The notes under the pieces are model-generated. The model was given only the letters and a program-made list of their open reading frames with translations, was not told where the DNA came from and made no database searches. Position numbers and translations under genes: made by a program. From Escherichia coli (GTDB lineage Bacteria; Pseudomonadota; Gammaproteobacteria; Enterobacterales; Enterobacteriaceae): a DNA stretch of 64,000 bases. The stretch lies in the NCBI RefSeq assembly GCF_050320075.1, contig NZ_CP190018.1; one strand, 5' to 3'. Each line of letters begins with the position of its first letter. Position 1 is the first letter of the stretch. Positions 25,002-36,716 of this stretch are shown here, in pieces.

Positions 25002-27278
25002 TTAATGCGCTGCTTCCGCCTTGTGCTTTTGTGCACTCTGGAATCCATAAGTCAGCTCATTTTTCTCTTTATCCAGCGCAACCGTCACCTGACCGCCGTC
25101 CACCAGCGAACCAAACAACAGTTCGTTGGCGAGCGGTTTTTTCAGGTTGTCCTGGATGACACGCGCCATCGGACGTGCGCCCATTGCCCGGTCGTAACCT
25201 TTCTCGGCCAGCCAGTTACGCGCTTCCTGGCTCACTTCCAGAGAAACACCTTTCTGATCCAACTGAACCTGCAACTCGACGATGAATTTATCCACTACCT
25301 GATGGATCACGTCGGTGGAGAGATGATCGAACCAGATAATGTTGTCGAGACGGTTACGAAACTCCGGCGTAAAGATCTTCTTGATCTCTTCCATCGCATC
25401 GGTGCTGTTGTCCTGGTGGATAAGACCAATCGATTTGCGCTCAGTTTCTCGTACCCCAGCGTTGGTGGTCATCACCAATACCACGTTACGGAAGTCCGCT
25501 TTGCGTCCGTTGTTATCGGTCAGCGTACCGTTGTCCATCACCTGCAACAGAATATTGAACACGTCCGGGTGCGCTTTCTCGATTTCGTCCAGCAGCAGCA
25601 CCGCATGTGGATGCTTGATGACCGCATCAGTCAGCAAACCGCCCTGATCAAAACCAACGTATCCCGGAGGCGCACCAATCAGACGGCTGACGGTATGGCG
25701 TTCCATATACTCGGACATATCAAAGCGCAGAAGCTCAATGCCCAAAGCTTTCGAAAGCTGTACCGTCACCTCTGTTTTCCCGACCCCGGTAGGGCCGGCA
25801 AACAGGAACGAACCGACCGGTTTATGTTCGTGACCTAAACCTGCACGCGCCATCTTAATGGCTTCAGTCAGCGCCTCAATGGCTTTATCCTGACCGAAGA
25901 CCAGCATTTTCAGGCGATCGCCGAGGTTTTTCAGGGTATCGCGGTCACTCTGAGAAACACTCTTCTCTGGAATGCGTGCAATACGGGCCACCACGGACTC
26001 AATATCCGCCACATTAACGGTTTTCTTGCGTTTGCTTACCGGCATCAGGCGTGCGCGAGCGCCCGCTTCGTCGATGACGTCAATGGCTTTATCCGGCAGA
26101 TGACGATCGTTAATGTATTTCACCGCCAGCTCTACCGCTGCACGCACCGCTTTTGCGGTATAACGCACATCGTGGTGCGCTTCATACTTCGGTTTCAGGC
26201 CGTTGATGATTTGAACAGTTTCTTCGATCGACGGTTCAGTAATATCAATTTTCTGGAAGCGACGCGCCAAAGCACGGTCTTTCTCGAAAATGTTGCTGAA
26301 CTCCTGATAGGTTGTCGAACCAATTACGCGAATTTTACCGCTGGAGAGCAACGGTTTGATCAGGTTAGCCGCATCGACCTGACCACCAGACGCTGCACCC
26401 GCACCGATAATGGTGTGGATCTCATCAATAAACAGGATGCTGTTAGTGTCCTGCTCCAGCTGCTTGAGCAACGCTTTAAAACGTTTTTCAAAGTCGCCGC
26501 GATATTTTGTGCCCGCTAACAGAGAACCGATATCGAGAGAGTAAATCGTACAGTCAGCCATCACTTCCGGCACATCACCCTGAACAATTCGCCAGGCAAG
26601 ACCTTCCGCAATCGCGGTTTTACCGACACCAGATTCCCCCACCAGCAGCGGGTTGTTTTTACGGCGACGGCAGAGAACCTGAATAGCACGCTCCAGCTCC
26701 TTCTCACGACCAATCAGTGGGTCGATTCCGCCCACGCGCGCAAGCTGATTCAGGTTCGTCGTGAAATTCTCCATACGTTCCTCCCCACCAGCTTGTTCTT
26801 CGCTGTTTGGCTGGCTGCCAGGATCAGAAGACTGTGTCGGCTCGTCTTTACGCGTGCCATGAGAGATAAAGTTCACCACATCGAGACGGCTGACTTCATG
26901 TTTACGCAACAGATATGCCGCCTGCGACTCCTGTTCGCTAAAGATAGCGACCAGAACGTTTGCACCGGTAACCTCATTGCGACCGGAGGACTGGACATGG
27001 AAGACCGCACGTTGCAGCACACGCTGAAAACTCAGCGTCGGCTGTGTGTCGCGCTCCTCTTCACTGGCAGGCAGAACGGGTGTGGTTTGTTCAATAAAGG
27101 CTTCCAGTTCCTGACGGAGCGCAACCAAATCCACAGAACACGCTTCCAGCGCCTCCCGGGCAGATGGGTTACTGAGCAGCGCCAGTAACAAGTGCTCGAC
27201 GGTCATAAACTCATGACGGTGCTCGCGCGCTCTGGCGAAAGCCATATTTAAACTGAGTTCCAGTTCTTGATTGAGCAT
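25002..27278 (-). CDS. clpA: ATP-dependent Clp protease ATP-binding subunit ClpA
   Basis: ORF 25002..27293 trimmed to ATG at 27278 ([24 protein letters not shown]..., 758 aa); two AAA+ modules. Confidence 0.96.
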   Translation of the reverse strand: MLNQELELSLNMAFARAREHRHEFMTVEHLLLALLSNPSAREALEACSVDLVALRQELEAFIEQTTPVLPASEEERDTQPTLSFQRVLQRAVFHVQSSGRNEVTGANVLVAIFSEQESQAAYLLRKHEVSRLDVVNFISHGTRKDEPTQSSDPGSQPNSEEQAGGEERMENFTTNLNQLARVGGIDPLIGREKELERAIQVLCRRRKNNPLLVGESGVGKTAIAEGLAWRIVQGDVPEVMADCTIYSLDIGSLLAGTKYRGDFEKRFKALLKQLEQDTNSILFIDEIHTIIGAGAASGGQVDAANLIKPLLSSGKIRVIGSTTYQEFSNIFEKDRALARRFQKIDITEPSIEETVQIINGLKPKYEAHHDVRYTAKAVRAAVELAVKYINDRHLPDKAIDVIDEAGARARLMPVSKRKKTVNVADIESVVARIARIPEKSVSQSDRDTLKNLGDRLKMLVFGQDKAIEALTEAIKMARAGLGHEHKPVGSFLFAGPTGVGKTEVTVQLSKALGIELLRFDMSEYMERHTVSRLIGAPPGYVGFDQGGLLTDAVIKHPHAVLLLDEIEKAHPDVFNILLQVMDNGTLTDNNGRKADFRNVVLVMTTNAGVRETERKSIGLIHQDNSTDAMEEIKKIFTPEFRNRLDNIIWFDHLSTDVIHQVVDKFIVELQVQLDQKGVSLEVSQEARNWLAEKGYDRAMGARPMARVIQDNLKKPLANELLFGSLVDGGQVTVALDKEKNELTYGFQSAQKHKAEAAH

Positions 27279-27308
27279 AGGCACCTCCCCCAATTTTTAT
27301 GCCTGCAT

Positions 27309-27629
27309 TCAGGCTTTTTCTAGCGTACACAGCAATGGATGCTCATTCTCCCTCGCGTACTTGTTCACCATCGCCACTTTGGTTTCTGCAACCTCGGCGG
27401 TAAAGACTCCGCAAATGGCCTTCCCCTGGTAGTGAACAGCGAGCATCAATTGCGTTGCACGTTCTACATCATAAGAAAAGAATTTTTGTAACACGTCAAT
27501 AACAAACTCCATCGGAGTGTAATCATCATTGACTAATATCACTTTATACATAGATGGCGGTTTTAGCGCGTCGCGAACTTTTTCTTCCGCCAGTTGATCA
27601 AAGTCCAGCCAGTCGTTCGTTTTACCCAT
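27309..27629 (-). CDS. clpS: ClpA adaptor protein ClpS
   Basis: 106-aa [46 protein letters not shown]... Confidence 0.96.
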
Positions 27630-27951
27630 TGTCAGTTATCATCTTCGGTTACGGTTATCGGCAGAACGCCCTGCCGCTGACAAGAGCTTATTTGCCTGAC
27701 CAATCTACTCCACATGATAGATAACTATCATCTATCGTTGGCATCAGCGACATCTGTCACATTCCTGTCAATAGCGTTAACTGCTTCAAATTTTTGATTC
27801 ATACCTGCCCCCTGGCCCCTGTCAAATGCTTGACGGCTCGCCCTAATTCTCTAAATTGTATTTCTAGAGTTGGCGAGGTTTTGAACAGCCCCCTCTCTGA
27901 CCCCGGTTTATTCCATCTTACTTGTATAAGATTTGCGAAGGATGTCGAAGC

Positions 27952-28176
27952 ATGGAAAAGGGTACTGTTAAGTGGTTCAACAATGCCAAAGGGTTTGGTT
28001 TCATCTGCCCTGAAGGCGGCGGCGAAGATATTTTCGCTCATTATTCCACCATTCAGATGGATGGTTACAGAACGCTAAAAGCTGGACAATCCGTTCAGTT
28101 TGATGTCCACCAGGGGCCAAAAGGCAATCACGCCAGTGTTATTGTGCCCGTCGAAGTAGAAGCGGCAGTCGCATAG
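27952..28176 (+). CDS. cspD: cold-shock-domain protein CspD
   Basis: ORF 27922..28176 trimmed to ATG at 27952 (MEKGTVKWFNNAKGFGFICPEGGGEDIFAHY..., 74 aa). Confidence 0.95.
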   Translation: MEKGTVKWFNNAKGFGFICPEGGGEDIFAHYSTIQMDGYRTLKAGQSVQFDVHQGPKGNHASVIVPVEVEAAVA

Positions 28177-28210
28177 CTCTTCTGTCTCATTGTGTACATC
28201 CTAAAGGCAA

Positions 28211-28238
28211 AATGCCAGCCCGATCGGCTGGCATTTTT
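28211..28238. terminator. bidirectional terminator between convergent cspD and macB
   Basis: Hairpin aatgccagcc-cgatc-ggctggcatt flanked by A-run and T-run. Confidence 0.7.
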
Positions 28239-28248
28239 ATCTCAAAAA

Positions 28249-30195
28249 TTACTCTCGTGCCAGAGCATCTACTGGATCCAGTCGTGCCGCATTTCGTGCG
28301 GGTAACCAGCCAAATAAAATCCCGGTGACCGTCGAGCAGAGAAACGCCAGCAGCAGCGCCAACGGTGAAAAACCAATCTCCCAGCCGGGTAAGAAAAGCT
28401 GTAAGGTGAAAGCAATTAACAGTGACAGTGTTATTCCCAACGCGCCACCGACCAGGCAAACCAGTACTGCTTCGATCAGGAACTGTTGCAACACATCACT
28501 TGCTCGCGCACCTACAGCCATGCGAATGCCAATTTCCCGCGTCCGCTCGGTCACTGACACCAGCATAATATTCATTACACCAATACCGCCCACCACTAGC
28601 GAAATCACCGCCACCAGCGTCAGAAACAGTTGTAAAGTACGTGTGGTCTTTTCAACGGTTTTCAAGACGCCGTCCATGTTCCAGGTAAAGAAATCCTTCT
28701 TACCGTGGCGCAGTGAAAGTAAACGCGTGAGTTGCTGTTCCGCCTCGGCGCTGTCAAATCCTTCTTTCACCCTGACAGTAATGGAGTTCAGCCACGACTG
28801 GCCCATAACTCGCCCGGACATCGTGCTGTAAGGTAGCCAGACACGCAGCACTTTACTGCTACCAAACATCGACTGTTTTTCTTCCGCCACACCAATGACT
28901 CTGGCGGGCATATTGCCGACCAGAATCACCTCGCCAACCACATCTGCTTTATGGGGGAAAAGCTGGCGGCGAGTATTACTGTCGAGCACCACCACCTGCG
29001 CACGACCGTTCAGCTGCTCCTGATTAAAGGTGTTCCCTTCACTGAAGGTCATGCCATAGACATTAAAATAATCGCCGCTCACGCCATTGGCACTGGCAGC
29101 AACATCAACATTGTTATAACGCAGGCGCAGGTTTTGCGAGACGGCAGGTGTGGCTGAGGCGACCCACGGTTGTTTTTGGATGGCGATTAAGTCGTCGTAC
29201 TTCAGCGCCTGCTGATATTGCGGATCGTCATCGCCAAAATCTTTCCCGGGATAGACATCAATAGTATTCGTACCAATAGAACGAATATCCGCCAGCACCA
29301 TTTGTTTGGCGGCGTCGCCCACCACGACAATTGAAACCACCGACGCAATACCGATAATAATCCCCAGCATGGTCAGTAAAGTACGCATTTTATTCGCTGC
29401 CAGCGCCCGCCATGCCATCGTCAGCGCTTCGTTAAAACCGCTGACAAATTGCCGCCAGCCAGAGGCCGTGTTGACAACAGGTTCCGTCCCGCCAGCAACA
29501 TTCACTTTTTCAACGGCGGGAGGATTGCGCACAATTTCGCCGTCGCGAATTTCGATCACCCGCTCGGCCTGAGCAGCGACCTGCGGATCGTGGGTAACGA
29601 TAATCACCGTATGCCCGCGATCGCGCAGCTGATGCAGGATCGCCATCACCTCTTCGCCAGAATGGCTGTCCAGTGCGCCGGTTGGTTCATCGGCAAGAAT
29701 TACCTGACCGCCGTTCATCAATGCCCGCGCGATGCTGACGCGCTGTTGCTGCCCCCCCGAAAGCTGTGCCGGGTAATACTCTGTACGGTCTTCCAGCCCC
29801 AGTCGTTGCAGTAACTCCTGGGCGCGAAGCAGCCGCTGTTTCCGCTCAAGACCGGCATAGACGGCGGGTACTTCAACGTTCTGCTCGGCGGTTAAATGCG
29901 AAAGCAAATGGTAACGCTGGAAAATAAAGCCGAAGTGTTCGCGACGCAGTTGCGCCAGCGCATCGGCGTCCAGCGTGGCAACATCCTGACCGGCTACGCG
30001 ATAGGTGCCGCTGGTGGCCTTATCCAGGCAGCCGAGAATATTCATCAGGGTCGATTTACCGGAACCCGAAGCGCCGACAATCGCCACCATCTCACCAGCA
30101 TAAATATCGAGGGTGATGCCCTTCAGCACCTCAACCTGCTCATCACCGGCAGGATAGCTGCGACGAATATCCTTTAATTCGAGCAAGGGCGTCAT
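28249..30195 (-). CDS. macB: macrolide ABC exporter ATPase/permease
   Basis: 648-aa ORF, N-terminal ABC ATPase ([12 protein letters not shown]) plus C-terminal permease; start overlaps macA stop (ATGA). Confidence 0.94.
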   Translation of the reverse strand: MTPLLELKDIRRSYPAGDEQVEVLKGITLDIYAGEMVAIVGASGSGKSTLMNILGCLDKATSGTYRVAGQDVATLDADALAQLRREHFGFIFQRYHLLSHLTAEQNVEVPAVYAGLERKQRLLRAQELLQRLGLEDRTEYYPAQLSGGQQQRVSIARALMNGGQVILADEPTGALDSHSGEEVMAILHQLRDRGHTVIIVTHDPQVAAQAERVIEIRDGEIVRNPPAVEKVNVAGGTEPVVNTASGWRQFVSGFNEALTMAWRALAANKMRTLLTMLGIIIGIASVVSIVVVGDAAKQMVLADIRSIGTNTIDVYPGKDFGDDDPQYQQALKYDDLIAIQKQPWVASATPAVSQNLRLRYNNVDVAASANGVSGDYFNVYGMTFSEGNTFNQEQLNGRAQVVVLDSNTRRQLFPHKADVVGEVILVGNMPARVIGVAEEKQSMFGSSKVLRVWLPYSTMSGRVMGQSWLNSITVRVKEGFDSAEAEQQLTRLLSLRHGKKDFFTWNMDGVLKTVEKTTRTLQLFLTLVAVISLVVGGIGVMNIMLVSVTERTREIGIRMAVGARASDVLQQFLIEAVLVCLVGGALGITLSLLIAFTLQLFLPGWEIGFSPLALLLAFLCSTVTGILFGWLPARNAARLDPVDALARE

Positions 30196-31307
30196 TGTGC
30201 AGCTCCTGGTTTGGCCTCACCAATCACCACTTCATCGCCCGCTTCCAGCCCTTTGACAATCTCAACATCGGTATCGTTACGTGCGCCAATCGTCACTTCA
30301 CGCTCGCGTGTTTCACCATTACGCAACAATTTGACTTTATAACGATTATCGCCAACCGGATCGCCTAACGCCGACAGAGGGATCGTCAGCACATTTTTCA
30401 CATCGGTGAGCTGAATATGCACTTGCGCGGTCATATCCAGCCGCAGCAAACCATTGGGGTTGGGGACTTCAAAACGGGCGTAATAGAAAATAGCGTCGTT
30501 AACCTTTTCCGGCGTCGGTAGCACATCCTTGATTTGCCCCTCGTAGCGCGTCAGCGGATCGCCAAGCACCGTAAACCAGGCTTTTTGCCCCGACTTCAGG
30601 TGGATTACATCCGCTTCAGAAACCTGCGCTTTTACCAGCATGGTGCTCATATCTGCCAGCGTCAGAATGTTCGGTGCTTGTTGTGCGGCAATCACCGTCT
30701 GGCCTTGCAGAGTGGTGATTTGCGTGACTTCCCCGGCCATCGGGGCAACGATGCGGGTGTAATCGAGATTGGTTTTAGCCGTATCGAGTGAGGCCTGATT
30801 GCGCTTGATTTGCGCGTCAATGGTGCCAATTTGCGCCTGTTTCACAGCCATCTCCGTCGCGGCGGTATCAAGATCCTGCTGTGAAACCGCTTGCGTTTGT
30901 GCAAGACGTTGCTGACGGGAATACGTCACCCGCGCCAGTTTCAGCTCCGCTTCCGCCTGCTGCCGCTGCGCGCGTAGCTCCATCAGCGTTGCTTCCACCT
31001 CCTTAATCTGGTTTTCAGCCTGTTCAGGATCAATAACCCCTAAAAGCTGGTCTTTTTTTACTTTATCGCCAATCGCCACCGACAGCGTTTTCAACTGACC
31101 GCTGACCTGCGCGCCCACATCAACCTTACGCAGCGCGTCCAGCTTTCCGGTCGCCAGCACGCTTTGCTGTAAATCACCGGGGCGCACAATCAGCGTCTGA
31201 TAAGTCGGCACGGGTGCGTTAAGAATTCTCCATAACGTAATCAGCCCGGCAATGACTATCACCAGCGCAATAACGTAACGCTTCTTCACGGTTTTCCGCT
31301 TTTTCAT
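30192..31307 (-). CDS. macA: macrolide efflux membrane-fusion protein
   Basis: ORF 30192..31334 trimmed to ATG at 31307 ([22 protein letters not shown]..., 371 aa). Confidence 0.93.
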   Translation of the reverse strand: MKKRKTVKKRYVIALVIVIAGLITLWRILNAPVPTYQTLIVRPGDLQQSVLATGKLDALRKVDVGAQVSGQLKTLSVAIGDKVKKDQLLGVIDPEQAENQIKEVEATLMELRAQRQQAEAELKLARVTYSRQQRLAQTQAVSQQDLDTAATEMAVKQAQIGTIDAQIKRNQASLDTAKTNLDYTRIVAPMAGEVTQITTLQGQTVIAAQQAPNILTLADMSTMLVKAQVSEADVIHLKSGQKAWFTVLGDPLTRYEGQIKDVLPTPEKVNDAIFYYARFEVPNPNGLLRLDMTAQVHIQLTDVKNVLTIPLSALGDPVGDNRYKVKLLRNGETREREVTIGARNDTDVEIVKGLEAGDEVVIGEAKPGAAQ

Positions 31308-31421
31308 AAATATTCTGAATACTCCATATGCCAATCCGGGTCATTAACTTCAACGAAATATCAACAAAACCCTAAAATTTACGTTAGTAATCACACTATT
31401 GATGTTTGGTTAAGATACGCA

Positions 31422-32414
31422 ATGGTGAAATCGACGTCATGTATAACCATTGATTTCATGAATATGTCGCAGCTAACTGAACGGACCTTTACGCCATCTG
31501 AATCTCTCAGCAGCCTGTCACTTTTTCTTAGTCTGGCACGTGGACAGTGTCGGCCGGGTAAATTCTGGCATCGCCGTAGTTTTCGCCAGAAATTTTTGCT
31601 GCGCTCGTTGATTATGCCGCGTTTAAGCGTTGAGTGGATGAACGAACTTTCCCACTGGCCTAATCTCAATGTGTTGTTAACGCGCCAGCCGCGACTGCCT
31701 GTGCGTCTGCATCGCCCTTACCTTGCGGCGAATCTTAGCCGTAAGCAATTGCTGGAGGCGTTACGTTACCATTATGCGTTACTCCGCGGGTGTATGTCGG
31801 CGGAAGAATTCAGCTTATATTTGAATACCCCCGGGCTGCAACTGGCGAAGCTGGAAGGCAAAAACGGCGAGCAGTTCACACTTGAGCTGACCATGATGAT
31901 CTCAATGGATAAAGAAGGTGACAGCACAATCCTGTTCCGCAACAGCGAAGGTATTCCTCTGGCAGAGATCACGTTTACCCTGTGTGAATATCAGGGGAAA
32001 AGAACAATGTTTATTGGCGGACTGCAAGGCGCAAAATGGGAAATTCCACATCAGGAAATCCAGAATGCGACGAAAGCCTGCCACGGGCTATTTCCCAAAC
32101 GCCTTGTGATGGAAGCAGCCTGTCTGTTTGCCCAACGTTTGCAGGTAGAGCAGATTATTGCCGTCAGCAATGAAACGCATATTTACCGCAGCCTGCGTTA
32201 TCGCGATAAAGAAGGCAAGATCCATGCCGATTACAACGCTTTCTGGGAGTCGGTTGGCGGCGTATGTGATGCTGAACGCCATTACCGCCTTCCGGCACAG
32301 ATAGCACGAAAAGAGATTGCCGAAATCGCCAGTAAAAAACGGGCTGAATACCGTCGGCGCTATGAGATGCTCGACGCTATTCAGCCACAAATGGCCACGA
32401 TGTTTCGCGGTTAA
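31422..32414 (+). CDS. ybjX: VirK/DUF535-family protein
   Basis: 330-aa ORF divergent from macA; start codon not verified (alternative ATG at the MSQLTERTF position). Confidence 0.8.
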   Translation: MVKSTSCITIDFMNMSQLTERTFTPSESLSSLSLFLSLARGQCRPGKFWHRRSFRQKFLLRSLIMPRLSVEWMNELSHWPNLNVLLTRQPRLPVRLHRPYLAANLSRKQLLEALRYHYALLRGCMSAEEFSLYLNTPGLQLAKLEGKNGEQFTLELTMMISMDKEGDSTILFRNSEGIPLAEITFTLCEYQGKRTMFIGGLQGAKWEIPHQEIQNATKACHGLFPKRLVMEAACLFAQRLQVEQIIAVSNETHIYRSLRYRDKEGKIHADYNAFWESVGGVCDAERHYRLPAQIARKEIAEIASKKRAEYRRRYEMLDAIQPQMATMFRG

Positions 32415-34069
32415 TCCGCGCGACCGCGCGCCAGCCACAGCACGCGTGAGAACATTTTTTTCAGCAGCGTCGGTACGGAATCCACACCACGACGTCCTGC
32501 CTCCATTGCCACTTCAATGGCAAGATCGGGTTTGGAAGAGCGATGGATCGCTTTCGAGATAATTTTGCGCAGATTCATCGGTACATTTTCCGGGATTTGC
32601 GCCACGCGGTGGAACACATCGGAAAATCCCTGGCGATACATAAAATGTTCCATATCCAGCGCCGGTAACGCCGTTAAATGTTCTCGTTCGGCTTCCCGAT
32701 CGTTATTCAACAGGCTGCGTACCGTAGCGGCATATTTCTTCCCTGCTTCATCGCCATCGACCAGTACATGCCATTCAATCCCCATTCGCCGGGCAAATTT
32801 AACCAGTGGCTTTAGCCCGGACTGGGCAAACTCAATGACCTTGATCCCTTCGGCATCAAAATGATGTCCGCACTGACGCGCCAGTTCATTGATAACCCAA
32901 GTTTCCGTTTCCCCTTCCACCAGCAGCCAGCAGCGTGCAAACAGCGATGACGGACGGTTAAAACGAATGTGAAAGGATATGCGTCGGCTATCTTCGGTAC
33001 TCAAGCCACTCGGCCCCAGACGCCAGGCGGCAACGCGCGAGGACTCACGTACCAGTCGGCAAACATGCTCTACCGGCGTTAACGAAAGCAACTCACCCGA
33101 GTTGGTGGTGGCAATGCGCTGCAATGGCAGAAGATTCAACAGATGCCAGGCAACTGAAAGCATAATGGGGTGTAAACGGGTTTCTGGATCTTCGATCAGC
33201 AACAATGGACGGGCGTCTTTATCCAGTCGCAATGTGCCTTTTGCCTGCAATAAAGTAGCAAACAGGCCGAGCAAAATAACCCGATACGAGCGCCCACCAG
33301 GTCGGTCAATCATCCGGTTGATGATATCCAGATAGCGCCAGCTTCGTTGCTCATTGCTGGCCCGCCGCCGCATTAAACGATATCGCGCCTGTCCGGCCCC
33401 CTGCTCAGAGAAATAATGCTCAAGCAGTTGCACCATTGCGGAAAGTCCCTGACGAATCTGCCCATCAGAGAGATTTTGCGGATGTGAGGATAACTCACGG
33501 GCGAGGAAATCGAGCTGGCGCGCGGTGACTTCCACATTAGGGACATTTGGCACCGTGCCGTTACGAATACGGCGCATAAAACGGGCATCACGCAAGCGCA
33601 GCACCGGCATTAAACGCACCAGATGGCGTGCCTGGTCGTTAATATCCTCGACATCAATCGGATGTCCGTCTTTATCGAGAAAACTGCGCAGTGTCATCAC
33701 GCTGCCGTCTTCCGCACTCTCCCCTTCCAGACGATAAAAAATACGGTGATAGCCATCGGTGCATGGCGTCCAGCACGCTTCCAGCGGCCGATAGCGGCGA
33801 ACCCGATGTCGGCCTGGCAGCGATTCGCGGAAGGTCAAAATAATATGCAGATGATGTTCTCGCCCGTTGATATCTCCCGGCGGGAACCAGAAATCGTCGC
33901 GCTCAAAATGGTAGAGATCTGATTCTGGCGATAGCAGCAGGGTTAAGGCGTCCAGCAAGCTGGATTTACCCCACGCGTTCTCCCCAATCAGGACGTTGTT
34001 TTGTTCCAGCATCAACGACAAACGGTTGATACCGCGAAAACCCACAATTTCAACGCGCTCAAGAATCAT
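32411..34069 (-). CDS. ybjD: OLD-family ATPase with C-terminal Toprim-type nuclease domain (putative)
   Basis: 552-aa ORF MILERVEIVGFRGINRLSLMLEQNNVLIGENAWGKSSLLDAL... (P-loop NAWGKSS); 4-nt convergent overlap with ybjX. Confidence 0.85.
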   Translation of the reverse strand: MILERVEIVGFRGINRLSLMLEQNNVLIGENAWGKSSLLDALTLLLSPESDLYHFERDDFWFPPGDINGREHHLHIILTFRESLPGRHRVRRYRPLEACWTPCTDGYHRIFYRLEGESAEDGSVMTLRSFLDKDGHPIDVEDINDQARHLVRLMPVLRLRDARFMRRIRNGTVPNVPNVEVTARQLDFLARELSSHPQNLSDGQIRQGLSAMVQLLEHYFSEQGAGQARYRLMRRRASNEQRSWRYLDIINRMIDRPGGRSYRVILLGLFATLLQAKGTLRLDKDARPLLLIEDPETRLHPIMLSVAWHLLNLLPLQRIATTNSGELLSLTPVEHVCRLVRESSRVAAWRLGPSGLSTEDSRRISFHIRFNRPSSLFARCWLLVEGETETWVINELARQCGHHFDAEGIKVIEFAQSGLKPLVKFARRMGIEWHVLVDGDEAGKKYAATVRSLLNNDREAEREHLTALPALDMEHFMYRQGFSDVFHRVAQIPENVPMNLRKIISKAIHRSSKPDLAIEVAMEAGRRGVDSVPTLLKKMFSRVLWLARGRAD

Positions 34070-34494
34070 ATCCCCTCCAGAAATATGTGACTTATCCTTT
34101 ACGCTGGCAGTATAACGGGAAAGGCCATGCTAATACGTGATGACATCACATTTAAGCATGGCAAATGTCTGAAAAATGAGCGAATAATCGCGTTATACTC
34201 CCTCTTGCTGATAAGCCTGCAAAAACAACAAAATCAAATAATTAGCATGATAAATTATTTTTTATTACGCCTAAAGGATTAAATCTTTTGCTTGCACTAC
34301 ACTGTCAATCAGACAAATGACTATATGGGGCAACCCGCTGTTGCCCTAAATCAAATTTACTGGATTTATTTATCTGGTGAATGACTCGCCTTCGTTTTTA
34401 AAATAGCCGCGCATTATTTCCGTCGTCACTTTTTTACGACGACCCTATAAAACGACCATATTTTTCACAGGGTCAATTTTTAATTGAGGTGGAT

Positions 34495-35190
34495 ATGTTC
34501 AGAAAATTAGCAGCTGAATGTTTTGGTACTTTCTGGCTTGTTTTTGGTGGCTGTGGTAGTGCCGTACTGGCCGCAGGCTTCCCGGAATTAGGCATTGGTT
34601 TTGCCGGCGTGGCGCTGGCATTCGGTCTGACCGTTCTGACGATGGCCTTTGCTGTTGGTCATATTTCTGGTGGTCATTTTAACCCGGCGGTCACTATTGG
34701 TTTATGGGCTGGCGGACGTTTCCCGGCAAAAGAAGTCGTTGGCTACGTAATTGCCCAGGTTGTCGGCGGTATTGTTGCGGCGGCGCTGCTGTATTTAATT
34801 GCCAGTGGTAAAACGGGTTTTGACGCGGCAGCCAGCGGTTTTGCTTCTAACGGTTATGGCGAGCATTCGCCAGGCGATTATTCCATGCTTTCCGCGCTGG
34901 TAGTTGAACTGGTATTGAGTGCAGGTTTCCTGCTGGTGATCCACGGCGCAACCGACAAATTCGCTCCTGCTGGTTTTGCGCCGATCGCTATTGGTCTGGC
35001 CTTAACCCTGATTCACTTAATCAGTATTCCGGTGACTAACACTTCTGTTAACCCGGCGCGCAGCACCGCGGTTGCTATCTTCCAGGGCGGCTGGGCGTTA
35101 GAACAACTGTGGTTCTTCTGGGTGGTGCCAATTGTCGGCGGTATTATCGGTGGTCTGATTTACCGGACTCTACTGGAAAAGCGTAATTAA
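34495..35190 (+). CDS. aqpZ: aquaporin Z
   Basis: ORF 34489..35190 trimmed to ATG at 34495 ([24 protein letters not shown]...); two NPA motifs (HFNPAVT, VNPARS). Confidence 0.96.
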   Translation: MFRKLAAECFGTFWLVFGGCGSAVLAAGFPELGIGFAGVALAFGLTVLTMAFAVGHISGGHFNPAVTIGLWAGGRFPAKEVVGYVIAQVVGGIVAAALLYLIASGKTGFDAAASGFASNGYGEHSPGDYSMLSALVVELVLSAGFLLVIHGATDKFAPAGFAPIAIGLALTLIHLISIPVTNTSVNPARSTAVAIFQGGWALEQLWFFWVVPIVGGIIGGLIYRTLLEKRN

Positions 35191-35199
35191 TTAACGCAG

Positions 35200-35229
35200 A
35201 AGGCCTGGCGCAATGTCAGGCCTTTTTTA
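35200..35229 (+). terminator. rho-independent terminator downstream of aqpZ
   Basis: Hairpin aggcctg...caggcct followed by T6. Confidence 0.8.
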
Positions 35230-35282
35230 AATATATTGATTCATCTTCCTGTTGCGCTCCTTGATGTGTTAAGCCACATATA

Positions 35283-35513
35283 GTCACTGGCGCAGGGAGC
35301 GCGCAGGGGGCGGCCAATCGCCGCCGCCCCCTGCACCCCCGGGCTCTGGCGAACAAAATCGCCGCTGCGCGGTGCCCTCGACTTATCCCTTACGGCTACC
35401 GGGTCGGGCGCGAGGTAACATCCCTGTAAAACGCGCCCTCAGCCCACATCCATGTGGGCTGCCCCGGCCTTCAGGGAACGCCTCGGCGATTTTGACGCCA
35501 CCAACACCGGTGC
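35283..35513. repeat. GC-rich (~70%) structured intergenic element with several palindromes and an imperfect ~17-bp inverted repeat
   Basis: Palindrome gcagggggcgg-N10-ccgccccctgc (35303-35334); perfect 22-bp palindrome cagcccacat-cc-atgtgggctg (35440-35461); inverted repeat ggcgaacaaaatcgccg (35349-35365) / cggcgattttgacgcc (35486-35501). Confidence 0.55.
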
Positions 35514-35673
35514 GGTTTGTAATTAAAGCGCAAGAATATCTTTAAATGAAAATGAATACCCTACCGATCCTTATGCATAACATTTCCTTTTAATTGCAAC
35601 TTTACTCGTCCTTCCGCTTTCAGTAGTGTGTCATCGCGCATTTCGACTTCATCTTTGCAAGGACTGGGTTTTC

Positions 35674-36573
35674 ATGTTTTCTGGGCTGTTAATCATTCTG
35701 GTTCCCCTGATTGTGGGTTACCTCATTCCTCTTCGCCAAAAAGCTGCATTAAGAGTTATTAATCAGCTATTAAGCTGGATGGTTTACCTCATTCTCTTTT
35801 TTATGGGTATCAGTCTGGCGTTTCTCGATAACCTCGCCAGTAACCTGTTGGCGATTCTGCATTATTCCGCCGTCAGCATTACCATTATTTTACTCTGCAA
35901 TATTATTGCGTTGTTGTGGCTGGAGCGCGGTCTGCCGTGGCGCAACCACCACCAGCAAGAAAAACTCCCGTCGCGTATTGCGATGGCGCTGGAGTCGCTA
36001 AAACTGTGCGGCGTAGTAGTGATTGGTTTTGCCATTGGCCTGAGTGGACTGGCTTTCTTACAACATGCGACCGAAGCCAGTGAATACACCTTAATTCTGC
36101 TACTTTTCCTCGTCGGTATTCAGTTGCGCAATAATGGCATGACCTTAAAGCAGATTGTCCTTAATCGCCGGGGAATGATTGTCGCCGTGGTGGTGGTTGC
36201 CAGTTCATTAATTGGTGGTTTAATTAACGCCTTTATTCTTGATCTTCCCATCAATACCGCGCTGGCAATGGCCTCTGGTTTCGGCTGGTATTCTCTTTCC
36301 GGTATTTTATTGACTGAATCTTTTGGTCCGGTAATCGGGAGCGCGGCGTTTTTTAATGATCTGGCCCGTGAGCTGATTGCAATTATGTTGATCCCTGGGC
36401 TGATTCGCCGCAGCCGCTCTACCGCACTGGGCTTATGCGGTGCGACGTCGATGGATTTCACCCTGCCCGTTCTTCAACGTACTGGCGGGCTGGATATGGT
36501 CCCGGCGGCAATTGTTCACGGTTTTATTCTTAGCCTGTTAGTGCCGATCCTCATCGCCTTTTTCTCTGCGTAA
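35674..36573 (+). CDS. ybjE: lysine exporter LysO
   Basis: ORF 35626..36573 trimmed to ATG at 35674 (MFSGLLIILVPLIVGYLIPLRQ..., 299 aa); polytopic membrane protein. Confidence 0.88.
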   Translation: MFSGLLIILVPLIVGYLIPLRQKAALRVINQLLSWMVYLILFFMGISLAFLDNLASNLLAILHYSAVSITIILLCNIIALLWLERGLPWRNHHQQEKLPSRIAMALESLKLCGVVVIGFAIGLSGLAFLQHATEASEYTLILLLFLVGIQLRNNGMTLKQIVLNRRGMIVAVVVVASSLIGGLINAFILDLPINTALAMASGFGWYSLSGILLTESFGPVIGSAAFFNDLARELIAIMLIPGLIRRSRSTALGLCGATSMDFTLPVLQRTGGLDMVPAAIVHGFILSLLVPILIAFFSA

Positions 36574-36606
36574 TACCTCTCTGGCGGTAGATCCCTGCCG
36601 CCAAAA

Positions 36607-36620
36607 TTGCGCTAAATCAA
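36607..36620 (+). promoter_or_regulatory. candidate FNR binding site in the hcp promoter
   Basis: TTGCGctaaATCAA versus consensus TTGAT-N4-ATCAA, ~100 bp upstream of the hcp ATG; hcp is anaerobically induced. Confidence 0.4.
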
Positions 36621-36716
36621 TCTCCCTTAAAGTTGCATGAAAAATCCCTTTTATCCCTGCGTTAAGCGTCTTAACCTTAAACATGTATATTAAATATAAC
36701 TTTAAAAGGTGTGATC

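Noticed and set aside
25005-25838. 277-aa plus-strand ORF
   Set aside because: Antisense to clpA.
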